DNA of 64,000 nucleotides, from NCBI GenBank assembly GCA_030681595.1, contig JAUXSB010000061.1:69392-133391 (forward strand), given 5' to 3'. This document shows, one piece after another, positions 9,665-19,598 of this stretch; positions within the stretch are counted from its first letter, which is position 1; the number at the start of each line of letters is the position of its first letter. The DNA comes from Candidatus Omnitrophota bacterium (GTDB taxonomy: Bacteria; Omnitrophota; Gorgyraeia; Ghiorseimicrobiales; Ghiorseimicrobiaceae). The position numbers and the translations under genes were made by a program. The notes beneath the pieces were generated by a model. It saw nothing but the letters and a program-made list of their open reading frames with translations, had not been told where the DNA came from and made no database searches.

Positions 9665-10048
9665 TTATCCCGCTGCCTTCTCATTCAAATTTCTCCTCAC
9701 CACTTCCATAAAATTATGCACGTCGAAAGGCTTATAGATATAGTCGGCTACTTTTAAATTCTGCGCTTCCTTAAAATTTTCTTCGCTGGCATATCCGGTG
9801 ATGAGGATTTCCGGAACCGGAGTTTTTACGATTTCTCTGATCCTCTTTATTGTTTCTATACCGTCCATTTCAGGCATTCTGATATCGGCAATAATAAGGT
9901 CAAAACCAGACTCTTTAATTTTGGCTATTTCTATGGCATCTTTGCCGCTATTGGCAATAGTTACATTGTAGCCATGTTTTTTTAATAAACGTTTTATGCT
10001 GTCGGTAACCAGGTTCTCATCGTCAATTACCAGAATATGCTTATGCAT
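9665..10048 (-). CDS. single-domain response regulator (REC only)
   Basis: 127 aa. ILVIDDE, DLIIADIRMPEMDG and YIYKPF. Confidence 0.85.
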   Translation of the reverse strand: MHKHILVIDDENLVTDSIKRLLKKHGYNVTIANSGKDAIEIAKIKESGFDLIIADIRMPEMDGIETIKRIREIVKTPVPEILITGYASEENFKEAQNLKVADYIYKPFDVHNFMEVVRRNLNEKAAG

Positions 10049-10054
10049 ATAAAA

Positions 10055-12229
10055 TTATACCTTACTTTCGGTTTTTGTTTCTGTTTTTGCCATGGGAAGC
10101 TTTATAGTAAACTTTGAACCTTTGTCTAATTCGGATTCGACGCTGATTGAACCGTTATGTTTTTCGACAATTGCATGCGATATGGAAAGGCCAAGGCCTA
10201 ACCCCTGGCCGACATCCTTTGTGGTAAAGAAAGGGTCGAATATTTTTGTGATTATTTCTTTTGGGATTCCCGCGCCGCCGTCTTTAACTTCAAGAATTAT
10301 TGAGCTGCCGGTTTTAGAAAGCAAGATATCGATATTGCCGCTTTTTTTTGTTTTCCTGATCGCGTCCTTGGCGTTTAAAATAATGTTTGTCAGGACTTGT
10401 TCTAATTCGCCGCGGTTTCCGTTTATCATGAAACTTCCGTCTTTTTTAGCGCTAAACAGTATTTTAACATTTTCCTGCTCTAATTGGTAGGCTAAAAAGG
10501 CGATAACGTTTTCAGCCGCCCTTAACACATCGATACTTGAGACATCGCTTGACTCCAGAGGCTTTCTGGCATAGACCATTAATTTCTGGACGATTGAACG
10601 GCATCTCTTGGTTGCCTCCTCAATTAACTCCAAAACCTCGCGGTCAATTTTAGCTTCAGGCTCATCCATCAGCATCATCTGGACGTTGGTAAGTATGGCG
10701 GTCAGCGGGTTATTTATCTCATGGGCTACGCCTCCGGCAAGCGTACCCACGGTAGCTAATTTCTCCGCCTGCACCAATTGTTTCTGCACCGCCACTAATT
10801 CTTCGGTCCTCTGCCTGACCTGTTCTTCAATATTTTCATAAACAAGGGAGTTGGATATAGCAATCGCGGATTGGTTTTTTAGTGTGGCCAGAAAGTGCAG
10901 GTCTGCCGCTGTGTAGCGCTTAAGGTTGGCTTTTTTGTCTAAATTTATAATCCCTAAAAGCTTTTCATTCAAAACCAAAGGGATAACAAGTGTAGCGGCT
11001 GTGCCCCTAAAATATTCTTCCGCCTCTGCCCGCACTGAACTATATTCCGGGTCTATAGGGACAAAATCGCGGTAGGCTATCTTATTATGCTCCGATAGCC
11101 AGCTTAAGAATTTGTTTCCTTCTAATTCTATGGAATTCTTCCAGTTGGCTAAGAGGTATCTTTTTTTAGCCTCGTTATAGATAAAAATATCGGTGCGCTT
11201 AGGATATAAGGTATCTTTGATGACGTCGTCTATGCGCGCTATCAGCTGGTTAAGCCCTTTTAAATGCACTAAGTCTTCGCTGAATTTACTGGAAATATCT
11301 TCTAAGTTGTATTTTCTCCTCTGGAAAAAGTGGTCTATTTTCGGCTGGGTATAGCGGATATAAACCGTCAAGAGATAAAAAATCCCGCCGCAGAGAAGCG
11401 CTACTTCTGATGCCGGAGCCTTACGGTACCAAGGTTTAAGCCAATAGGCAAAAATGATTATCGGAATAAAAGCACTAGATGATGCCAAAAACCATCCGGC
11501 GGTTTTATGAATTACCGTCTCAATATCAAATGCCTTATGCCGGATAACCGAATATGCCAACATACAGGTAAAAACAAATATGGGTATAAAGCCGAAAGGA
11601 TACAAACGGATCGGCCAAATCTTTGCCACAAAATCAAAAGAAGCGGCAAACCCGACAAGAAAACCGATAAATATTATTAAAACTTGCGTCTTTTTTATGG
11701 GGATCTCTTCGCTCTTATAGGTAAACCAGAGGTTAATCTGGATTGCGATATAAGTTATAGAATAGCATAGGAGAAATAAGAAATTTAAGGGTTTATAGAC
11801 AGGATAGTATCCCCAGAAATATAAACGGGGAGTGCCTATTGATTTATCCGTGGCGATAGCAAGAAAATAAAAAAGATATGCCAAGAAAAACGAAAGAGCC
11901 ACGAAGCCGCGCTGTTTACGCAGAGAGCCGCTTGAGGCTGCAGAAAATAAATAAGCGCTGGGCATAATGTTTATTACGCCGAGAAAGGTGAAATATTTAT
12001 ACCAAAACAGGGCGGTATCCGGATTTGCCGAAAGGTAAACTATACCTGTCCCTAACAGCCACAAACTTAAGCTTGTGCAGAGGAAGAAAAATGCAGCGTT
12101 TTTAATTAATTTTTTTGCCTGAAAAAATATGAAAATGCCGATAGAAAAAATAAGCAGGCTTACCCCTATTACCGGCACAGCGTGAGGGTTAAAATGATAA
12201 CTGGAGAAAGATAATAATTCTTTAAGCAC
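10055..12229 (-). CDS. sensor histidine kinase (paralog of 2735-4942): 7TM N-terminus, GAF, HisKA, HATPase_c
   Basis: 724 aa. H-box AHEINNPLTAI and ATPase G-boxes (DGGAGIP, GQGLGLGL). Its hydrophobic N-terminus shares an architecture with the other histidine kinase. Confidence 0.85.
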   Translation of the reverse strand: MLKELLSFSSYHFNPHAVPVIGVSLLIFSIGIFIFFQAKKLIKNAAFFFLCTSLSLWLLGTGIVYLSANPDTALFWYKYFTFLGVINIMPSAYLFSAASSGSLRKQRGFVALSFFLAYLFYFLAIATDKSIGTPRLYFWGYYPVYKPLNFLFLLCYSITYIAIQINLWFTYKSEEIPIKKTQVLIIFIGFLVGFAASFDFVAKIWPIRLYPFGFIPIFVFTCMLAYSVIRHKAFDIETVIHKTAGWFLASSSAFIPIIIFAYWLKPWYRKAPASEVALLCGGIFYLLTVYIRYTQPKIDHFFQRRKYNLEDISSKFSEDLVHLKGLNQLIARIDDVIKDTLYPKRTDIFIYNEAKKRYLLANWKNSIELEGNKFLSWLSEHNKIAYRDFVPIDPEYSSVRAEAEEYFRGTAATLVIPLVLNEKLLGIINLDKKANLKRYTAADLHFLATLKNQSAIAISNSLVYENIEEQVRQRTEELVAVQKQLVQAEKLATVGTLAGGVAHEINNPLTAILTNVQMMLMDEPEAKIDREVLELIEEATKRCRSIVQKLMVYARKPLESSDVSSIDVLRAAENVIAFLAYQLEQENVKILFSAKKDGSFMINGNRGELEQVLTNIILNAKDAIRKTKKSGNIDILLSKTGSSIILEVKDGGAGIPKEIITKIFDPFFTTKDVGQGLGLGLSISHAIVEKHNGSISVESELDKGSKFTIKLPMAKTETKTESKV

Positions 12230-13793
12230 TAGCCGCAGCTTTTTTTACCCCTTCGAAATCTTCCTGGGTGATTAAACGGTTAGCCCAATAAAAAGGCGCG
12301 AGTGTAAACCCGTGTTTTGCGCCTAACTTCCTGATTTCATCTATTTTTTCCGGCATAATATTACCCCGGCCGTAACTGTAATTCTCAAAACGCCTCTCAA
12401 GCGAAAGAACAATCGCCTCAGCGAAACACCCATAGGAAACATCCGGCGAAGGAAGCCCCATATCCACTCCAGTGTGTATCGGCGTAGGCAGGCGCGCCAG
12501 CCCTCCGGAAAAAACGATAATATCTTTCCTGTTTATAGGCGAATAAGAAATGTTTTTGGGATAGCCTAAATCGCAGATAACCGCCCCCGGCTTAAACCAG
12601 GCTGTATCCAGTATTGCCGCGGCCACACTGGCTGAGGCAATAACTATGTCTGCGTCTCTGACGGCTCTTTTGTTATCCGTCGTAGCCTCAATCCGGGCAT
12701 TGCGTTTTTTTCTTAATTCATCCCGCAGGCGCCGCAAGTGAGACTTAGTCCTTCCGGTTATAATTATTTCTTTTACTCTATCCGTCAATACACGGCTGCA
12801 GGCGCTTCCGATATCACCGGTACCGCCGATTACGGCTACTTTTAAATCTTTTATATCTTTACCTAAAAGCTCTACCGCCTTTTCAATGCCGTCTATTGCC
12901 AAAGCCGCCGTATAGGTATTGCCGGTGGTAATGGGTATATCCACATCTTCGCTTATCTGATGGCCGAGCCTTTCTCCGACTATAGAGGTAAACCCGCCTA
13001 AACTTACGACGCCGACACCGTGCCTCTGGGCAACTCTACAGGCGCGCACAACTTTGGAGTAAACCGCGTGGATGTCCTCATCCAGCATCTCGGGAATAAA
13101 TGTGCATAAGATAAAACATCCGCGGGTAGCTTCGCCTGTTTTAGACTTAAATTCCTGCATCTCGTGCATCGCAAAAGAAGGCGTCATTGTGAACAACTTA
13201 CTCAAAAACTCTCTCGACGGCACCCTAAAGTCCGGCCTGACCATCTTTAAACACTTAACCAGATGGTTATAATTATAAAAATGCCCCAGCACGCCAAAGC
13301 CCGCCAATTTAGCGACTTCTCCCTTGCGAAACTGTGAATATTTTAGAGATATAAGCCTGCTCTCTACGGCAGAAAGTATCGCCTCAAAATTCTTTGTCAG
13401 CAGCTTCTCTATATAGGGCTCGGCGAATTCCCGTATTGCCGGAATACCTACCCTTAGGTAAACATCCACAACCACTTCCGTACCGCTGTGGTTATTATTA
13501 AATTTCCAGTCTCCGTAAAATTCATCCAAATCCCCTTCTATAGCCTTAAAATGAATAGAGCCATCCCTTAAAGTAAGAGTATCTTCTTCTGTCCAGCTTA
13601 TCGGCATGCCATCCACTTGCACCAGCCATTTAGTTTTCATTGTATTATGCTTTCTCTCGATAACTTTGGCCTCTTTTACGGTGGGTATGTAAGCGGGAAA
13701 TTCTTCGACTTGGGTAATGAAACGTATTACATTATCTTTCGGCGCGGGGATAACCCTTGCAAGCCTTATATGCACTAAATCATTTTCCGGCAT
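12222..13793 (-). CDS. SRPBCC (START/polyketide-cyclase-like) domain fused to a long-chain acyl-[ACP] reductase (AAR)-like domain
   Basis: The C-terminal roughly 340 aa align motif-by-motif with cyanobacterial acyl-ACP reductase (LGGFTSI, TTGNTYTA, VIGGTGDIGSACSR, DLGYPKN, CFAEA, YSYGRGNI..EKIDEI, KHGF). The N-terminal roughly 170 aa form an SRPBCC ligand-binding fold. Confidence 0.75.
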   Translation of the reverse strand: MPENDLVHIRLARVIPAPKDNVIRFITQVEEFPAYIPTVKEAKVIERKHNTMKTKWLVQVDGMPISWTEEDTLTLRDGSIHFKAIEGDLDEFYGDWKFNNNHSGTEVVVDVYLRVGIPAIREFAEPYIEKLLTKNFEAILSAVESRLISLKYSQFRKGEVAKLAGFGVLGHFYNYNHLVKCLKMVRPDFRVPSREFLSKLFTMTPSFAMHEMQEFKSKTGEATRGCFILCTFIPEMLDEDIHAVYSKVVRACRVAQRHGVGVVSLGGFTSIVGERLGHQISEDVDIPITTGNTYTAALAIDGIEKAVELLGKDIKDLKVAVIGGTGDIGSACSRVLTDRVKEIIITGRTKSHLRRLRDELRKKRNARIEATTDNKRAVRDADIVIASASVAAAILDTAWFKPGAVICDLGYPKNISYSPINRKDIIVFSGGLARLPTPIHTGVDMGLPSPDVSYGCFAEAIVLSLERRFENYSYGRGNIMPEKIDEIRKLGAKHGFTLAPFYWANRLITQEDFEGVKKAAASA

Positions 13794-14376
13794 TCAACAT
13801 CTCCTTGATCGCGTTCCTGGCCCTAAAAATGCCATCCTGCAAATATATATCGTCAACGATATCCGTAAATTCTTTTAACAAATATATGGGCTTGCCTATC
13901 TTTATAGTTATAGCTCTGAATCTCGGGAATATTACCCCTTTAGGCAGCGCGGCATATGTACCGAAAATCGCGCAAGGCACAATCGGCCTGCCTGTCCTAA
14001 GCGCAAACAAAGCCGCCCCCCTCCTGAATTCGCGAAGGACGCCGTCGTGGCTGCGCGTGCCTTCGGGAAATAAGCCGATATTACGGTTCTCCATAAGCAG
14101 ATTAACCGCCTTTTGGGAAGAATTACCCGTCGGTAGAGTCCCCCCAAAAGCCATAAACCACGAGAGCCACGGCATGTGGTATATATTCCGTAAAGCGATC
14201 CAGTAAATTCTTTTGGGAACAGCCGCGCATACAACCAACGCATCCAGAAAACTGGCATGATTAGCTGCCACAATAAAATTAGTTTTCTCAGGCAGGCTGG
14301 CTAACCCTTCCACTTTAAGCCTAAAAAACAGCCTGAATATAATATTGAGTGTGCCCCGAAAAAGCCAATACCACAT
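13780..14376 (-). CDS. 1-acyl-sn-glycerol-3-phosphate acyltransferase (PlsC/LPLAT family)
   Basis: 198 aa with the HxxxxD motif (NHASFLD) and the FPEGTRS motif. It overlaps the AAR-like gene by 14 nt. Confidence 0.8.
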   Translation of the reverse strand: MWYWLFRGTLNIIFRLFFRLKVEGLASLPEKTNFIVAANHASFLDALVVCAAVPKRIYWIALRNIYHMPWLSWFMAFGGTLPTGNSSQKAVNLLMENRNIGLFPEGTRSHDGVLREFRRGAALFALRTGRPIVPCAIFGTYAALPKGVIFPRFRAITIKIGKPIYLLKEFTDIVDDIYLQDGIFRARNAIKEMLNAGK

Positions 14377-14380
14377 CTGC

Positions 14381-14620
14381 CTAAATCTTTCCTGACTTAT
14401 CTTTGCTGAATTTCCAACTATTTTTCTGATGGTTATGGTTTTCTTTTTTCTCTATCCAGGCGTCAATCGACGATTTTCTAAAGCGCCAGTGTTTGCCGAC
14501 TTTAATTGCCGGAATTTCTCCTGCGCGCGCCCAGACATAAAGCGTCTGCTTAGGTATCTTTAAATAATCGCCTACTTCTTCAATTGTAAGTATTTTTTCT
14601 TCATTCATAGATAACACCAA
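14381..14620 (-). CDS. excisionase-family (HTH_17/MerR-like) DNA-binding protein
   Basis: 79 aa. YLKIPKQTLYVWARAGEIPAIKVGKHWRFRKSSIDAWI is the helix-turn-helix_17 signature. It is a close paralog of the N-terminus of the 25162-25785 protein. Confidence 0.7.
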   Translation of the reverse strand: MVLSMNEEKILTIEEVGDYLKIPKQTLYVWARAGEIPAIKVGKHWRFRKSSIDAWIEKKENHNHQKNSWKFSKDKSGKI

Positions 14621-14711
14621 ACATTAACAACTAACAACTACTAATATTAACCCGCTACAACCATAAAGTCAATACCTTTTCGTAATGGCTTTGACCACGA
14701 GGATAGGGTGT

Positions 14712-16196
14712 TTAACTTCTCCTATCAATTGCTTCTATAAGCTTTCGAAAAATGAAACGATGAAAAGGCAAACAAACATACCAATAGCCTTTACCAGCTA
14801 CGCTTTTCGTATCATAGTAGGCAACTACTGACAGCTTTCTTTTATCTAACGTATCATCAATTTTAAATTCAAGCCAAGCCTTACCCGGAAGTTTCATCTC
14901 TGCGCGCAATAAAAGCCGCCTATCCTCTTTTATATCTTCAATCCGCCAGAAATCTATCACGTCATTAATCTTTAGGTGGGAATAGCTCTTTCTTCCGCGC
15001 ACTGTGCCCACGCCTAATAAAATCCTGTCTAACATGCCTCTTGACTTCCACATCCAGTTATTATAAAACCAGCCCTCCCTGCCGCCGACACGGCAGATTG
15101 ATTTAAACAAAGAGGCGGCGGTTTTTTCTGTAACGATGGAATATTCTTTGACAAAAGCCGTTTTGTTTCCAAGTTCGCTGAGCTTTATGGCTAAGCTATG
15201 CGCCGGGGGATAAGCATCGGACCAACGGGTATGCACCCTATCCTGCTCTTCCCTGGACATTGCCCGGACTATTGCCTCTTTGTATGAAATAGGCTCAAAG
15301 GGTATTAATTTTTTTATAGAGTCGTCTTGGCAGACGACCTCATTTTTTAAACCTTCCATCAGGCATTGAGTAATGGTATGGGGAACGGGTGTCACAAGGC
15401 TGGCAAAATACGCGTAGAAAGAAATATAGGAAAAAGGCGACGCTATAAAAATTGTCTTTTTATTAAGCAAGCCGACTAAAACCTTAAGCATCTCTTCATA
15501 AGTCAGGATATCCTTGCCTCCGATATCAAAAGACCTGCCTAATGTATCCGGCGTTTCTAAAACACCGACGAGATATTTGATTACATCACGGATGGCGATA
15601 GGCTGGCATTTATTTTTCGCCCAGTGAGGAATGAATAAAACCGGCAGTTCTTTTACCAAATGCTGGATAATTTCATAGGAAGCGCTTCCTGAGCCGATAA
15701 TTACCGCCGCCCGAAGGATAGTAACGCCAAGCCTTGCCCTCTTTAATTCTTCCGCTACCTCTATCCGGCTGCGCAAATGCGATGAAAGAGGGTTCCTGAC
15801 ATCGCCAAGCCCGCCCAAATAGATTATTCGCTTCACTTGTTTTTCTTCAGCAGCCTCTCTGACATTTTTTGCCGCTTTTATATCCGCCGCCTCAAATTCT
15901 TTAGGGCCAAGGGATAAAAAATGGATTAAATAATAAATTACCTCTACCCCTTCAAACGCGCGCCTTAAATCTTCTACTTTCAAAGCATTGGCTACAACGA
16001 CCTCGGCCTGGGGCCATAAATTTTTATAAACGTCGGGTTCCCCCCTAACCATCGCCCTGACCTTATAGCCCCTTGCCAATAATTCAGGCACAAGCCTTCC
16101 GCCGATATAGCCGGATGCCCCGGTAACCAAAATTTTACCTACGCCGGAAAGGGGCTGCGATTGCAGCCCGCCAGAAAAAAAATCGCCGCTGTTCAT
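14712..16196 (-). CDS. NAD-dependent epimerase/dehydratase (atypical SDR) fused to DUF2867
   Basis: N-terminal Rossmann motif ILVTGASGYIGGRL. The C-terminal roughly 170 aa match the DUF2867 architecture commonly fused to SDR a5-type enzymes. Confidence 0.7.
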   Translation of the reverse strand: MNSGDFFSGGLQSQPLSGVGKILVTGASGYIGGRLVPELLARGYKVRAMVRGEPDVYKNLWPQAEVVVANALKVEDLRRAFEGVEVIYYLIHFLSLGPKEFEAADIKAAKNVREAAEEKQVKRIIYLGGLGDVRNPLSSHLRSRIEVAEELKRARLGVTILRAAVIIGSGSASYEIIQHLVKELPVLFIPHWAKNKCQPIAIRDVIKYLVGVLETPDTLGRSFDIGGKDILTYEEMLKVLVGLLNKKTIFIASPFSYISFYAYFASLVTPVPHTITQCLMEGLKNEVVCQDDSIKKLIPFEPISYKEAIVRAMSREEQDRVHTRWSDAYPPAHSLAIKLSELGNKTAFVKEYSIVTEKTAASLFKSICRVGGREGWFYNNWMWKSRGMLDRILLGVGTVRGRKSYSHLKINDVIDFWRIEDIKEDRRLLLRAEMKLPGKAWLEFKIDDTLDKRKLSVVAYYDTKSVAGKGYWYVCLPFHRFIFRKLIEAIDRRS

Positions 16197-16218
16197 ATTC
16201 TTATCTGTTCGGGAAAAA

Positions 16219-18336
16219 TCAGGCCTGATAAAATTTACCTTTTTTCAAGGATATTTCCGCAAGGTAACCGCACGGGTTAAAGCGCTCTTTACTTACGTTA
16301 TTTTTTAGCCTTTCTAAATCCGCAATGATTTTTTCAGCGCCTATTGTATCCGCGTAACGCAGAAGCCCGCCGCGAAACGGCGGAAACCCGGTACCCATAA
16401 TCATCCCAATATCTATATCTGAAGGTTCGGAGCAGATTTTTTCCTCTAAACACATCGCCGCTTCGTTTATCATCCGACAGAGCAGGCGTTTTACGATTTC
16501 CTCGTTAGATATCGAGGTGCCACCCTTAGATTTAAGTAAACCATAAACCCCTTTATTGGGAATTTTACCTTTCTTATTGTGCAGGTAAAAACCTTTGCCG
16601 GACTTCTTGCCGAACCATTTCTGGTTGTAAACATCTTTTAGGCTTTGGGCTACTTTCATCCGCGGCCCAAAATGCTCTTCAAGGAGCAGTGCCACCTTAT
16701 AGCCCACGTCCAAGCCAATCTCATCTATCAAAGTAAACGGACCCATAGGCATGCCAAAATTTACGCAGGCATTGTCGATGCGCTCAAAGTCAACGCCGTC
16801 TTCCAAGATAAAACCCGCCTCATCAAGATAAGGAATAAGTATCCTGTTTATCAAAAACCCGCAGGAATCTTTTACTACAATCGGGGTTTTGCCGATTCGC
16901 TTGGAAAATTCAACAAGCGTAGCAACGGCTTCTTCGCTGGTTTCGCGGGTACGGATAATTTCAATTAACGGCATCCGGTGTACCGGGTTAAAAAAGTGCA
17001 TGCCCACTAGGCGCGATTTGTTTTTTACTCCTTCTCCCATTTGCGCGATAGACAGGCATGACGTATTAGAAGCAAATATGGCGTCTGCCCTTGCGACACC
17101 GTCTACTTCACGCCAGACCTTCTTTTTTATCTCCATGTCTTCAATCACCGCCTCAACGATTAAATCGGCATCTTTAAACCCGCTGTAATCGGTCGTCGGG
17201 GAAATAAGCGCCATCGCGAAATCCGCCTGCGCCGGTTTAAGTTTTCTTTTCTTTATCGCGTAATTATAGATTTCTTTTGCCTGCCTTAAGCCGCGGCCCA
17301 GTGCCGCGTAACTTAAATCCTTCATCCTTACCGTTAAACCGTAATAACTAAACAACTGGGCAATGCCGCCGCCCATAACGCCCGCCCCTAAAACAGCGCA
17401 TTTCTTAACTTTTCCGGGAGCGGCCTCTGCCCACTTTGCCTTTTTATATTTTTCCGCCAGATAAAAAACACTGATTAAATTCTTTGAAACCGGGCCTACA
17501 ACTAATTCGCCGAAAACTTTTGCCTCACGGCTAAGCGCCGCCTTAAGTGAAGTACTGTAATTTTTACAAACTACATCCACCGCTGCCAAGGCCGCCGGAT
17601 ACTGCCCGCGCGTGGCACCTAAAACAAATTTCTTGGTTTGATTTTTTAAAACCAGTCGGCCTAAAAAGGACTTATCCAGGAAAATGTTTAACAGCCCTTT
17701 GAGTTTCGGCTGATAAATTTTACGTTTATGGCTATTTCTATTGAGGAATTCTATTGCCTCGGCGGTTAATCTCGCCTGCGGCGCTAAAAAATCTACCAAG
17801 CCGATTTTAAAGGCACCTTGCGCCAAGATGAGTTCGCCTGAAACTATCATTTCTAAGCCCTTACGTAAACCGACGAGGCGCGCAAGGCGTTTGGTTCCGC
17901 CAAAACCAGGGATAATCCCGAGTTTCACCTCGGGTAAGCCTAACCTTACTTTGTCACCAACAGAGGCAATGCGCCAGTCGCACGCCAAAGCCAATTCCAG
18001 CCCCCCGCCTACGCAGGCGCCGTTAATCAAGGCAGCCGTGGGGACACTAATATCTTCCAACAGATTTAATATTTCCTGCCCTGCCATCGCCTTGGCCTGC
18101 CCGTCTAAAGAAGAAGTCATATTCTCAATTTCTTTAATGTCTGCTCCGGCAATAAAAATATCGGGCTTGGCACTCAAGATAAAAATGCCTTTTAAATCTT
18201 TTCTCTCTTTAAGCTGTAAAAGTACCTCTTTAAACTCAAGCATTACCGCGTTCGATAAAACATTAATCTTGGAATCCGGCTGGTCAAATTCAATAAAGGC
18301 AAATTGGTTTTCTATCCTTAATTTAAGGTGCTTCAT
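16219..18336 (-). CDS. fatty-acid oxidation complex alpha subunit (enoyl-CoA hydratase/3-hydroxyacyl-CoA dehydrogenase, FadB/FadJ-like)
   Basis: 705 aa. N-terminal crotonase fold (IAGADIKE, GACVGGGLELALACD), central NAD-binding 3-hydroxyacyl-CoA dehydrogenase region (AVLGAGVMGGGIAQ) and the C-terminal domain. Confidence 0.85.
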   Translation of the reverse strand: MKHLKLRIENQFAFIEFDQPDSKINVLSNAVMLEFKEVLLQLKERKDLKGIFILSAKPDIFIAGADIKEIENMTSSLDGQAKAMAGQEILNLLEDISVPTAALINGACVGGGLELALACDWRIASVGDKVRLGLPEVKLGIIPGFGGTKRLARLVGLRKGLEMIVSGELILAQGAFKIGLVDFLAPQARLTAEAIEFLNRNSHKRKIYQPKLKGLLNIFLDKSFLGRLVLKNQTKKFVLGATRGQYPAALAAVDVVCKNYSTSLKAALSREAKVFGELVVGPVSKNLISVFYLAEKYKKAKWAEAAPGKVKKCAVLGAGVMGGGIAQLFSYYGLTVRMKDLSYAALGRGLRQAKEIYNYAIKKRKLKPAQADFAMALISPTTDYSGFKDADLIVEAVIEDMEIKKKVWREVDGVARADAIFASNTSCLSIAQMGEGVKNKSRLVGMHFFNPVHRMPLIEIIRTRETSEEAVATLVEFSKRIGKTPIVVKDSCGFLINRILIPYLDEAGFILEDGVDFERIDNACVNFGMPMGPFTLIDEIGLDVGYKVALLLEEHFGPRMKVAQSLKDVYNQKWFGKKSGKGFYLHNKKGKIPNKGVYGLLKSKGGTSISNEEIVKRLLCRMINEAAMCLEEKICSEPSDIDIGMIMGTGFPPFRGGLLRYADTIGAEKIIADLERLKNNVSKERFNPCGYLAEISLKKGKFYQA

Positions 18337-18337
18337 T

Positions 18338-19585
18338 TTACCTTTCTAAGATGATGGCGCCGCCCTGGCCGCCGCCCACGCATAAAGATGCCAAACCTAA
18401 ATGCAGGCTTCTACGCTTCATTTCTTTAAGCAAGGTTAAAATCAGGCGCGCGCCGGTTGTGCCGACGGGATGGCCAAGAGCGATTGCGCCTCCGTTGACA
18501 TTTAAAATATTCCTCTCGATTTTTCCTATGCCGCTGCGGGACATTTCCCTCTCGCAGGCAATTACCTGCGCGGCAAACGCTTCGTTAATCTCTAAAAGGC
18601 CTATATCGTTTAATTTTAAATTTGCCTTTTTTAAAACTTCAGGTATGGCAAATGCCGGGCCGATACCCATCTTACCCGGCTCAACCCCCACATAGTCATA
18701 GGCGCGGATAAAACCTAATGGCGTAAACCCCAATTCTTTTGCTTTTTCTTCCTTCATTACCAAGAGCGCGCAGGCGCCGTCGCTAACCTGGCAGGCATTT
18801 CCGACGGTGACCGTGCCGCTGTAGCGGTCAAAATACGGCCTAAGCTTGGCCAGGTCTTCCAAAGTAATGTTTTCTCTTACGCCATTGTCGCGTTCAATAA
18901 CTTTTTCGTATTTCGGAGGCACCCAGACCGGGACAATTTCTTCGCGCAGCTTTTCTTGCGCGCCCTGGACGCGCTTATGGCTTTCTAAAGCAAACTCGTC
19001 CTGTTCACGCCGGCTGATAGCGTATTCTTTTGCCAAAACCTCGGCGGTCTGGCCCATATTCAAACCGCAAACCGGATCGGTTAAGCCGAGAGCTAAGCCG
19101 ATTTCCGGCTTTAAAAAATGCCGCGGCCTGAAACTTAAAAATAAGGCCAATTTTTCTAGCATACTTTTTGCCTTGGATATTTTCAGGAAAATCTTAGCGG
19201 TATCTTTACGGTAAAGAAGCGGTATATTCGACATTGACTCGGTACCGCCGGCAATAACTATCTCGTCTATACCGGCATTTATCTTTTCGGCAGCACTGGT
19301 TACCGATTCAAACCCTGATGCGCAATTACGCGAAATCGTATAAGCGCGTTTTTCTTTTGGGATCGCGGAAAGCAGGGAAATTACCCGCGCGACATTGCTT
19401 GCCTCAGGCGGCTGCGACACCGCGCCAAAGATAACCTCGTCTATTTTATCCGGGCTAATGCCGGTACGCTCCAATAATTCCCTTACCGCGATCCTGCCTA
19501 ATTCATGCGCCGGTATAGCGTCAAAATCCGTCCATGCTTTCACAAACGGCGTTCTTATCCCGTCCACTATCGCTATCCTTGACAT
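18338..19585 (-). CDS. acetyl-CoA C-acyltransferase (thiolase)
   Basis: 415 aa. Active-site regions NCASGFESV, GNACQVSDGA and CVGGGQGGA (thiolase signature). Confidence 0.85.
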   Translation of the reverse strand: MSRIAIVDGIRTPFVKAWTDFDAIPAHELGRIAVRELLERTGISPDKIDEVIFGAVSQPPEASNVARVISLLSAIPKEKRAYTISRNCASGFESVTSAAEKINAGIDEIVIAGGTESMSNIPLLYRKDTAKIFLKISKAKSMLEKLALFLSFRPRHFLKPEIGLALGLTDPVCGLNMGQTAEVLAKEYAISRREQDEFALESHKRVQGAQEKLREEIVPVWVPPKYEKVIERDNGVRENITLEDLAKLRPYFDRYSGTVTVGNACQVSDGACALLVMKEEKAKELGFTPLGFIRAYDYVGVEPGKMGIGPAFAIPEVLKKANLKLNDIGLLEINEAFAAQVIACEREMSRSGIGKIERNILNVNGGAIALGHPVGTTGARLILTLLKEMKRRSLHLGLASLCVGGGQGGAIILER

Positions 19586-19598
19586 AATCCCTTCCTTT

